Of a DNA stretch of 64,000 nt, positions 31,437 through 41,408 are shown in pieces; the first letter of the stretch is position 1; the number at the start of each line of letters is the position of its first letter. Both the position numbers and the translations under genes were made by a program. The stretch comes from Histomonas meleagridis 2922-C6/04-290x (lineage: Eukaryota > Protista > Parabasalia): assembly GCA_020184695.1 (NCBI GenBank), contig JAANOX010000085.1:124001-188000 (forward strand). Direction: 5' to 3'. Below the pieces are notes generated by a model. It ran no database searches, was not told the origin of the DNA, and saw only the letters and a list, made by a program, of their open reading frames with translations.

Positions 31437-32474
31437 TTACTTTCGAGAAAAATATTGAGTAATATATAAATTCCCTGTTATGATTGAAGCAATGAGAATA
31501 TTTTCATTTATTTTCATTCCTTCTTTAAGTAAAAATGATAAAAGTTCATAATTATCATGTAAAACACATTTTGTTCCTAATTCTTCTAAATTCTTAATTT
31601 CTTTTAACTTATTATCATAAAAATATTTAAAGATATCATTTCGATGAAATTCTATCGCTGCTTCATACGCATCTTCAAATGTTGAATGATTTTGTTCACA
31701 TAAATGAATTATTTCTTCATTTCCACCTGCAACTGCATATTTACCTGTATTATCTAATTTTGCTCCATTCATAAGTAAATATTTAAAACATTTAATTGAT
31801 GCTGCATAATCAATTAATGTAACATTTTTATGATTAATAAATGAATATCTTTCATAAAGTGATGGCTCAATTGTTTGATTAAAATCGAAGTTTGCTTGTG
31901 ATGATATTTCTTGAAGTTTTTCTATTTCATCATTTCGAATGATTTTCGATATTTCATTCTGATTTATTCCTTCTTTAACATATTTCTGATGAAGTTCCCA
32001 ATTATTCGCTTTAAGTTTTTCAAGGTTTTCGGAGAAATATTCAGAAAATTGATAACTATGGTTTAAAACGAAATGTGCTTTAAAATGTGAAAAAAATAAA
32101 TTTTTCATATTTTTAGTAATCGATGAGTTAATTAAACCTTTTTCTATCAACTTTCCGATAAGATAATTAGATTCTTGTGAGTTATTTTTCCGAAGGAATT
32201 GAGAAAAGATGTCAATTATTTTAACTTGATTTTTATTTTCATCTCGTTCAATTAAATTCAAAAACTCAATAATTATATCTATATTTTTCAGTCTTGTTAC
32301 AAACAAAGTGTAAATGAAACGGCAGATGATCAAGTTGAATGAATACGTTCGTGAATTATCATAAAATTTGCGTAATGAAGAAACAGATGTATCAAGATTG
32401 TTTGTATTTATGTTATAAATTATTTCTGTAAGTGCAATTAAGTCTGGAAAGGAATTTATCTTTGATATACTCAT
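31437..32474 (-). CDS. DUF3447-like N-terminal part of ankyrin locus A (frameshifted near its end)
   Basis: IIRNDEIEKLQ, LIDYAA..KCFKYLL, YAVAGGNEEIIHLCEQ, AIEFHRNDIF. After removing one T from the run near 31449-31453 the frame continues YFLESNHIP..FSGNVEL..YIDFSK, matching locus B. Confidence 0.75.
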   Translation of the reverse strand: MSISKINSFPDLIALTEIIYNINTNNLDTSVSSLRKFYDNSRTYSFNLIICRFIYTLFVTRLKNIDIIIEFLNLIERDENKNQVKIIDIFSQFLRKNNSQESNYLIGKLIEKGLINSSITKNMKNLFFSHFKAHFVLNHSYQFSEYFSENLEKLKANNWELHQKYVKEGINQNEISKIIRNDEIEKLQEISSQANFDFNQTIEPSLYERYSFINHKNVTLIDYAASIKCFKYLLMNGAKLDNTGKYAVAGGNEEIIHLCEQNHSTFEDAYEAAIEFHRNDIFKYFYDNKLKEIKNLEELGTKCVLHDNYELLSFLLKEGMKINENILIASIITGNLYITQYFSRK

Positions 32475-33315
32475 TCCAATGCTATTAATAACACTGGAAA
32501 AAATTTAAATGGACATGTGATATGAATTTTTATATAAAATCATAATAAGTAAAAACATAGAATGAACTTCATGATGAAATCCATTCACATCTTTAATTTT
32601 ATTTGGAATACTTAAATTTAAATTAGGTTAATAGGTAATATATCCCCGAATGTGCATTCACATATCGAAAATAACTTATATACAACAATTACTTACACAG
32701 AAACTATTTCATCGATAATAAATTATTAATCAGGTTAAATAAGTACATCATTAAGGTATTACGAAAATTATCACATCAATCATTTTATCAATAAATTCAT
32801 AAATTCAAAAAAATCAAGATTTCATATAATTATTTGGAATAAATAACAAATCACGATTCTATGATAAAATATCAATAATTTTATTTTTTAATAAACCAAG
32901 AATCATTTAATTTGACTGTTTACGAATTACAATGATATAAATAAATAACGTATCTTTTCGAGGAAAGGGTAAAATTTTGATAATATTTACCATCATTCAA
33001 ATTCGCTCCTATCGTCACTTATCGTTGCCCCTATCGTTTGATATAAATCATGCAAAAGTCGATCTTCGTCACTTTTTGGAATGAAAGAATAGATTTATCT
33101 CGTGCTAATTATGATATTATTCTTAGATTTATATTAATCATAGATGTAATAATGTATATATATTATATATTTATGATATCAAGATCGTAGGATGATCGCT
33201 ATATACGATGGGTGAAAATCGCAAGTCGAGTTTAATATATAGTATTAAAAGTGATATATTGTATTTTTCAATATTTTTTATAATATTTTAAAATATTTTT
33301 TTTTTTTTGAAAATA

Positions 33316-33611
33316 AATATTTGGAATTTCTTCAAATTTGAATATTTTATAATGGACAGCACTTATATGTGCATGTTTAACATGTCAAACTGAAGTTGTT
33401 AAATTACTTCTATAAAAACAAAGATATTGATATTAACATCAAAAATGTTTATATATTTTCATTAAAATTTAATCAAATTTTTTATGGTTTCATAATCATA
33501 TCTAAAATTAATTTAAAAAGTATAGTAGTTGATCAACGCAGCTTATATAGCATATGTGAAGAGGTATTTGGTAAAATTACTTCTTTCAAAAATGGTTCAA
33601 AATTAAAGTAA
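33316..33611 (+). pseudogene. Two decayed ankyrin cassettes with spacer remnants
   Basis: aaatatttggaattt core, then WTALICACLTCQTEVVKLLL(stop), KDIDINIKN, an AT-rich spacer and a second ..VKLLLSK module with frameshifts. Confidence 0.65.
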
Positions 33612-33916
33612 TATATTTAAGCAGATCATATTGATAAATGTTTGGAGAATTATATGAAATATCTTTAAATATCTGTGTTTTATAAAACATATTTTTAAAA
33701 ACAAAATAAATAATTTTAAGTTATTTAAAATAAGAATCATGAAATGCAAATTATAGCTTGATGCAAGTGACAAATACTTCAAAGTTAGCACATTGCATAC
33801 AATCAAGTCAACTTTGTAAAATTATTTTGCAAAATTTAATCGATTTGATGAAATTGGTTTCCACCATAAAAGTGACAAAAGGGCTAGTTGTTCACACAAA
33901 AGTGACATTCAATTTA

Positions 33917-34951
33917 ATGCTAATAAATTTCAAATCACTTGCAGGCAGAAGTGAAATCATAAATGCTGAGCCTACACAAACCATTGAAAGTCTTGTTCCT
34001 ATAATAGCTGAAAAATTTGGTAAAAGTGGTCAAAATTTAGAATTAGTTTATGCAGGTAAAAAAATAGATCCCAAATCCACCATTTCAGACATTCACTATG
34101 ATCCAACCGATTTCATTGTAGTTTATTTCAAACAACCAAAACCCTCTCCACCAGCACCAGTGCAATCTACTCCGCCAACTCCAGCCACACCACCTACACC
34201 AGCGCCGGTACCCACATCTACTTCATCCGCAAGTTCACCACCACCTACAAATCAACCAAATAATCCAGCACCTCCATTTCCAGTTGCTAATCCAGAAACT
34301 TTCGAACAAAATGTCAACGAGTTGGTAGAAGCAGGCTTTCCCCGTGATTTAGCTGAACGTGCACTTATAGCCACCAACAATAATGTCAATTCAGCCGGTA
34401 TAATGCTCATCAATGGGAATGTTCCACCACTACCAGCACCTCCACCTTCATCGCCATCATCACCTCCGTCATCATTGCCATTATTTTCCAATGGTCGTAA
34501 TCTTCCACCACCACCACATGAAGCTCCATATCCACGGCCACTATTTCCTGTGCCGCCAGTTCTTTTATCAGTCCCTGAGACGCAAGCTCACCGTTTGATA
34601 CGCAATTTTATTGTCCGCAATCCACAATTCGGCATTTCTGCAGTCCTTAACGCGATACAGCACATTGATCCACAGCTACATGAATTGGTATATCGGAATC
34701 CTTTCCCATTTTTATCTATGGTTGGAATTAATGCACAGAACTCTAATAGAGGACTAATAATTCCGTCGCCGAACAGAATGCAAGCGCTGTTATCTGATTA
34801 TAACTTTGCTGAAAGTGAAGCTATTATTAGATTATCGAGATTGGGCTATGACCAAAACACCGTGATACAGGCATTCGAAAGATGCGGAAGAAATGAGCAA
34901 CAAACGATGAACTACCTTAATACAAATTATTCGAGGAATCAACAGAGATAA
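33917..34951 (+). CDS. RAD23-like UBL-UBA shuttle protein
   Basis: N-terminal UBL (FKSLAG..LVYAGKKI), Pro/Ser/Thr linker, UBA (LVEAGFPRDLAERAL), STI1-like region, second UBA (LSRLGYDQNTVIQAF..NE). ATG at 33917. Confidence 0.85.
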   Translation: MLINFKSLAGRSEIINAEPTQTIESLVPIIAEKFGKSGQNLELVYAGKKIDPKSTISDIHYDPTDFIVVYFKQPKPSPPAPVQSTPPTPATPPTPAPVPTSTSSASSPPPTNQPNNPAPPFPVANPETFEQNVNELVEAGFPRDLAERALIATNNNVNSAGIMLINGNVPPLPAPPPSSPSSPPSSLPLFSNGRNLPPPPHEAPYPRPLFPVPPVLLSVPETQAHRLIRNFIVRNPQFGISAVLNAIQHIDPQLHELVYRNPFPFLSMVGINAQNSNRGLIIPSPNRMQALLSDYNFAESEAIIRLSRLGYDQNTVIQAFERCGRNEQQTMNYLNTNYSRNQQR

Positions 34952-35480
34952 AATATTAATTATAATTGAATAAAAAATAACGTTTTGTGAAATGAAATAA
35001 ACCATTCAATAATGAGGTGTAATAAACGTTTTCAAACGGATCATCCACAAAGAAAAAAATCAGAATGATTCCCAAAAAATTCCCAAAAATACAAAAAATA
35101 TAATGAAAAATAAAAAAAGCCGTGCGGCTTTGTATTTGCTTTTGAATATTTTTTTATCTTTTTTATGAATGCAAATGAAATTAATTTCAAAACAAAATTC
35201 GGAAATAATCATTTTTTGCTGTATTAGACAGATTTCAATCAAGCCACAAAGAAATGTATTAAATTGGAAACTGAATCTTAGTGTGTTCTGTTCTTATCGT
35301 TTGCGATCTGAACATTTATAATTATAAATCATTTTCATTGGGATAAGAAACACTAGGCTTCTTTCATTCTTCATATGTGATCATTTTGTTGTTAATAACA
35401 TAAGTTATTTTACTTGATTTTTAATTTCTTTGTGTTAATTGTGCTTGTTAAAATAATAATTTAAATTAAAAACATTTTAT

Positions 35481-36341
35481 TTAATCTTCATCTGTTAACA
35501 ATTCAATCTGAAGCATTGTACTTCTTTTTATTCCTTGTTCTTCAAGTGTCATCTCAGGATCAAGGACTTGACCATTTGGCTTCCTCAAATTAAACATGTC
35601 AAAATAAAGCTTTTGATCTTCGTTAATAGTTTGACCAGCAACCCAAGAGTATATGTCCTTTGCCAAATCGCATGAATTGAATTTTCTGATATATCTTTGT
35701 CCGAATATATTGACTGCAATTGCAATACCTGTTTGTGGTTCTGGCTTCAAACCATAGTATCTTCCAATTACTTCAGCTTCACGTTGGTTTTGCTCTTCTT
35801 CTCTGATTATAGCTTCGTTTTCTTCGAAATGTTTGTTGTGATTCTGTTCCATTTCGGTCTGGAATGCTTGTTCACAAGCATCTCTGTACTCATTATTCTG
35901 TTCATTGATAATGTTTCTTGAATTTTGGATATTTCTATATGAATTTGTTTGATCATTATTTGGATTAGATGGTTGTGGACATTCTTCCTTTGGTTTTGCA
36001 TAATTCTCCTCAAGAGATCGCATCATCGCAATTCTAAGGGCCTCTTCTTCATCACAGTCTTGGTAAGCTGAGTTTGCTTGACGGTTTTGATTTTGTTGTT
36101 GTTGTTGTTTCTGAAGCTCTGCTAAATAGGCAGCATAACGTTTTTGGTTTTCTTGAGCTTGCCTTTGTGAAACATATCTGTATTGAGTTTCTGGATAATA
36201 TGGATTTACTTCAGGTGATTGATCTTCATTGAGAAATGAATCTAAAGTTCGTTGAAATACTTTTTCTGGCATTGAACATATTTCATCTCTACGGTAACCA
36301 TGTTGGATGAATAAGTTTTCGAAATCGTTTCTTGAACACAT
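35481..36341 (-). CDS. UBX domain protein with UIM
   Basis: EEEALRIAMMRSLEE (UIM); C-terminal RYIRKF..DIYSWV..TLEEQGI (UBX). First ATG MCSRND at 36341. Confidence 0.8.
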   Translation of the reverse strand: MCSRNDFENLFIQHGYRRDEICSMPEKVFQRTLDSFLNEDQSPEVNPYYPETQYRYVSQRQAQENQKRYAAYLAELQKQQQQQNQNRQANSAYQDCDEEEALRIAMMRSLEENYAKPKEECPQPSNPNNDQTNSYRNIQNSRNIINEQNNEYRDACEQAFQTEMEQNHNKHFEENEAIIREEEQNQREAEVIGRYYGLKPEPQTGIAIAVNIFGQRYIRKFNSCDLAKDIYSWVAGQTINEDQKLYFDMFNLRKPNGQVLDPEMTLEEQGIKRSTMLQIELLTDED

Positions 36342-36940
36342 CAAAAATAAAATGAAAAAATCTGTCAGACCACTTAACACTTAAAATATCCAGCCAAACA
36401 ATTACTGAAAAAGTTTGTTTTGTACACAAAAATTGAATGAAAATTTGGTTGTACACAAGGAGGGACCATCTGAAAAAGTTTAAGCACAGCCAAATAAATT
36501 AAGAAAACATTTCCAATCAGATGATTTGAAGCCTTCCTATAAGGCAATCAATGTTTTAAAGCAGGCTGGCCAAATAAACCATGAAAAATCTCGTTGAGGA
36601 AATTAAAATCAATATATCTTCAAATTTTTTAAAAAATTGATGGTTCCTTTAATTGGATAATGTATTAACAGTATGTAATTTTTTGTAAACTTTAGAAAAC
36701 GAATTTTTCTAAATCGATTTTGATCTAGATCGTTGTTGGCTTTTTCTGTACTCATTCTATCGTTCATGTATCGTTAAAAATTGACTTTAGCAATTTTCAA
36801 AATGTTTAAGCCGAATCTGTTCATCACTTTTTGAAATATCTCTGAGTAAATTGATTTGCAACACAATTAACCTCCTTGCTGTCGTCCTATTTTAATTTAT
36901 AGATTAATATTTTAAATATGATAAAATATATTTAATGCGA

Positions 36941-37011
36941 GCATCGCTGGTCTAATGGTAGAATTTCAGCTTGCCAAGCTGGGGGTCCGGGTCCGATTCC
37001 CGGGCGATGCA
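36941..37011 (+). tRNA. tRNA-Gly(GCC)
   Basis: Acceptor GCATCGC/GCGATGC, anticodon loop TT-GCC-AA, T-stem CCGGG/CCCGG, T6 terminator. T-loop reads TCCGATT. Confidence 0.9.
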
Positions 37012-37290
37012 TTTTTTCCTTTTATAAGCAAATTTTCAGTCGAACAACAATTGCAACAATTTTAGGTAAAATAATTAAATAATCCCATAAACAATATTTT
37101 TGTACATCCAAAATATATATTTTATGATATCGAATTTCTAAAATTAATAAAATGAATGGAATTTGAAATGTCAGGGCTAGCATTCTGTTTTTCTCTTTTC
37201 AAAAATCTATTAAAATATTATCATAGAATACGCAATTATTAAAATTAATATTAAATAGAACGTATATATATTTGGTATATTTATATTAAT

Positions 37291-37683
37291 TCATTTTTGT
37301 TCAAGAAGTAATTTTACTATTTCATTTGAATTATTTGCTGTAGCAAAACATTTTCCTTTTCTATAGATATTTCTTAAGAAATAAATTACCACTTTCTACA
37401 GCTGTAGAATGATTTCATCATTGTTCATCCCTTTTTCTTCCAAAAAACTGAAAATTTCATAATTAATACATATATACTTACCTAAATCTCTTAATATGTT
37501 AAATCCAATTTTGTTATCGTGGGTGTATTCAAAGATGTTATTTCGATGAAACTCAATCGCTGCTTCGCATGCACCTTCAAATGAAGAATGATTATGTTTG
37601 CATAAATGATTAATTTCAATATATCCACCTGCAATTGCATATTTACCTGTATTCTTTACATTTGCACCATCATTACCTTGCAT
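37291..37683 (-). pseudogene. Remnant third DUF3447-ankyrin locus
   Basis: GANVKNTGKYAIAGGYIEINHLC..AAIEFHRNNIF, followed by ATANNSNEIVKLLLEQK(stop), which resembles the terminal module; 5' part and internal modules are absent. Confidence 0.75.
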
Positions 37684-38575
37684 ATTAAAAAATGAAAAAA
37701 TAATTCTTGATATAATTAAACATGATGTATATGAATTAAATAAATCATAATTTGCAATGATTTTTTGAACTATTGAACTAATGATCTAATATTATGATCT
37801 AAGGTGCATAAGGTTTTTCATATTTTCTTCACCATTCATATGATCTTGATCAAGTTTTTTTGGTTCTAACAAAAGTTCATTTTTATATTTATCTTGGAAT
37901 ACCAGCATTTTCAGGGTGTGATATTATAATATCACAATTAGTGAAAATACTACATTCATTCCTTCTTTCTTGTTTTATTTATGCGAAAAATTAAATAACA
38001 TTATAATACCGAAAGGTGGTATTTTCGTAGAACAAACTTAATTGAATAAATAAAAAAATTTTATAATTTTTTATTCCAAAAACTATCTCAGATAGAGAGA
38101 CCCTTCATTGCTACATGAACTTTCAAGAATTTTTTCAATTGTAAGAACTTTCATGTAAAGCAAACATACAACAATCTGTCATTTATTAATGGTATACGAT
38201 CGAAGAAGAAATAAATTGGAAACCTTAAGCTTGCTGATGAAGCAGCATGGAGAATTCATTCAGCAACATCGATTATAACTTGATTTAGTTTCTAAAAACA
38301 CACAGAACAATAACAAACACAACATTATAACTTATGTAGGAATCAAATTGCCGCTACTCATGAGAGCCATTGGTTGGAAAACCGAAGTAATATCAGATTA
38401 AAGGCAATCATGTGCAACATGCCGATACACTGTTGTTTTGGATTTTTTTGTGTTCAATACTAAAACGATCAAAGGCATTCCAAGTTTAACCACCTTATGA
38501 CAAGTAAACTTTTGAATGCTCATTATCGTCACATTAATTGTTTCAAATTTGTTATCGTGTCACTTTTCACTATAG

Positions 38576-40969
38576 ATGTCTAAAAAAGAAGAGCCACAGC
38601 AGCCAGAACTCAAATATGGCCAACTTCCACCTGATGCTGTCCAAGTCCAGTTCGTCAAGGAAGCATCTGATCGCATTCGAGGCCATGGTTTCATGATGAA
38701 TCGTTCATTTGATGAAGGCAAGGTCCCTGAAGCCCTTCAACATGCAAAATTAATGCTTGAAGACATGCGCACCAATACCCTTTGTCCCATTCATTATGAT
38801 GAAATCTATCAACATGCACTTAATCAATTATCTTCACTTGCACTTACTTTCCAAGATCCTGAGCATCATTTATTCTCTGTTCGTCGTATAGCCGAACTTT
38901 ATGAAGAGCTTCAATATACTGAGAACATAGTTCCACGTCTTTATCTTCTCTTCACATTAGCCCCAGCCTTTATCAAATGTGGACATGCCAAAGCGTGTGA
39001 TGTTATGCGTGATCTTATTGAGATGGCTCGTGGTGTTCAACATCCAACGCGTGCACTTTTCCTTCGTCATTATCTTCTTCATGTCATGAAAGATGTCCTT
39101 CCAGATGCCAAGAACACTGAAGGCGGCACATTAGAAGACACCCTTAACTTTATTCTTGAGAATTTCAAACAAATGAATGTTCTATGGGTTCGATTAGAAT
39201 TTTCACTCGACACTAAGACCACTGAAGAACGTAAACAACAACGTTCACAGCTCAAGCAATTAGTTGGTTCCAACATCCAACGTATTTCATCACTTCGAGG
39301 TCTTGATGTCAATCATTACAAAGAGATTGTCTTACCTAAGATCATTGAACAAATCACAGCCTGTAAGGAGCAACTTGCTCAAAGTTATATTATTGAATCC
39401 ATCACGCAAGTCTTTCCAGCCGAATTCCATATTGAAACACTTGAACAATTATTTGGTGTATTAATGCATTTAGAAGATGATGTTTCAACATTATCATTAG
39501 TCATAGCAATTATTAAACGATTACAAACATATTACACAAGTCCAGACACTGATTTATCCACAGCAATACCAACAGTACGACTTGTAGCACAACAAATTGA
39601 TTTATTATTACAAAGTGGACAAAACTTTAGCTTAGAAGACACATTAGATATGCTTGGAACATTATTAGACTTTACACTTAAAGCAGATTCAAGTAATTCA
39701 TCTAATGTTAATAGTATATTACATTTTGTTGAGAATCATATCGAAGGTATTTATGGTGAAACACGATTAGAATCAGTACCAATTTCACGTAAACTTCGAT
39801 TCTTCTTAATAACACCATTACGCGAGATGAAAGATTCATCGATGTTATTTGATTTAAGTTATTTCCCAATATTAGTTAATCGAATGCGATATAATGATCG
39901 TAAACTTATAGCGTTAGAAGTATGTAAAGGATTTTCTAACACAGAAGCAATCATTGATACAATGGAAAAACTTCGATCATTCTTTGGTATTGTTCAAGTT
40001 ATCTTACAACGTCCTAATGATTATGAAGAAGATCCTGATAATGAACCAATTGCAAATCATTTACAATGTATTGCACGAGTCTTTCATTTAGTACGTAATC
40101 CAAAATCTATTGATGAAACATTTTCATTATTATGTAGTGTATCTACAACGATTCAAAACTTAACAAATGAAGTTAAAGAACATCTTTATATGTCATTAGG
40201 TATGGCAATGTTACGATTAGCAGTCGAAATTGATGAAGATTCAAGTAATTGTAATACAACAGTACGTAATGTCTTACAACATATATATTCATTATTATCA
40301 ACACAAAACGATCCACCACAAGGTCCTTCATTTTGGTTATTCATTGAAGCTACGAAAATTAGTGATAAATGTGGGTCTGAAGCTATCACTACTGAGTTCT
40401 TTGTTTCAGCATTTAACTTATGGAAAGAAGGAATGTTCGAAGGTAACACGAAATATAAAATGTTATTATGTTTGATACGTACTGCAACACAACTAAAGAA
40501 TATGAGCGCAACAAGATATAACTCAATGACTTCGACAATATGTAGTAGCGTGAATACATTGTTACAAAAGGATCAACGTGCTGAAGCACATTTGTTATGT
40601 TCCCATATGTTTAACGTGGAACATGAAAATGATCAACAAGAAGATGAGGAAGAAGAAGAAGACGTAGAAGAGGCATTTAAGAGCCCAGATAAGATTAAGA
40701 ACTGTTTGGTGAGATCTCTAAAGGCAACTGCACAAATGATGGACCCAATCGAACAATTGCCGTTCTATTATAAGGTGTTGGCACACGCAATTTACTTCTT
40801 GGAAAATGGTGTGCAATTGTCCGTGGAATGGTTCAACGTGCTCACTGCAAAAATAGATCAGGACCACGAGGAAATGAAGAAGGAAATAGAGACGAAGCTA
40901 TCGAGAGCAAACAAGCAGTTTTATATCAATTTGATAAAACATAAGGAAAAGGCACTCAACTTCGAGTAA
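38576..40969 (+). CDS. VPS35: Retromer subunit VPS35
   Basis: PRLYLLFT, EMARGVQHPTRALFLRHYL, NFKQMNVLWVRL, LVGSNIQR, QVFPAEFH. Confidence 0.95.
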   Translation: MSKKEEPQQPELKYGQLPPDAVQVQFVKEASDRIRGHGFMMNRSFDEGKVPEALQHAKLMLEDMRTNTLCPIHYDEIYQHALNQLSSLALTFQDPEHHLFSVRRIAELYEELQYTENIVPRLYLLFTLAPAFIKCGHAKACDVMRDLIEMARGVQHPTRALFLRHYLLHVMKDVLPDAKNTEGGTLEDTLNFILENFKQMNVLWVRLEFSLDTKTTEERKQQRSQLKQLVGSNIQRISSLRGLDVNHYKEIVLPKIIEQITACKEQLAQSYIIESITQVFPAEFHIETLEQLFGVLMHLEDDVSTLSLVIAIIKRLQTYYTSPDTDLSTAIPTVRLVAQQIDLLLQSGQNFSLEDTLDMLGTLLDFTLKADSSNSSNVNSILHFVENHIEGIYGETRLESVPISRKLRFFLITPLREMKDSSMLFDLSYFPILVNRMRYNDRKLIALEVCKGFSNTEAIIDTMEKLRSFFGIVQVILQRPNDYEEDPDNEPIANHLQCIARVFHLVRNPKSIDETFSLLCSVSTTIQNLTNEVKEHLYMSLGMAMLRLAVEIDEDSSNCNTTVRNVLQHIYSLLSTQNDPPQGPSFWLFIEATKISDKCGSEAITTEFFVSAFNLWKEGMFEGNTKYKMLLCLIRTATQLKNMSATRYNSMTSTICSSVNTLLQKDQRAEAHLLCSHMFNVEHENDQQEDEEEEEDVEEAFKSPDKIKNCLVRSLKATAQMMDPIEQLPFYYKVLAHAIYFLENGVQLSVEWFNVLTAKIDQDHEEMKKEIETKLSRANKQFYINLIKHKEKALNFE

Positions 40970-41408
40970 AAGAAAAGTTTTGAACTTCAATTTTTATATA
41001 TTTTTGCGGAATTAATTACAATCGCGTCCACTATATATATGTTTGAATGTTGGTGGAAATGAATTGTTTTCAATTTTTCTGCTTACGATCTTCTATTCTT
41101 TTTTGGTGCAAAACTTCTGTTATAATTTACGTCTTAAATTGAAATAACAATTTGATATTAATATCTAATGGCATACATTAATAACTTTTCTTGAAGATCT
41201 TCATTTATTACAGAAAAACAAATTCATTTTGTAGTGAAAAAAATCCGTGACAAACGATAGACAAATTATATAATCAAGACACTGTTTTTCACTTAAAAAA
41301 ATATTGTCATGATGAAATTAATATCTTTGTATAGCATTTGTTTGTTTTTAATTAGAAGAAAAATAGAAAATGTTATTTATTATATTTATGGATTTATGAA
41401 CTAATGAA

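Noticed and set aside
38100-38480. Possible transposase remnant (LKLADEAAWRIHS)
   Set aside because: A single short motif in stop-riddled frames; too weak without an HMM search.
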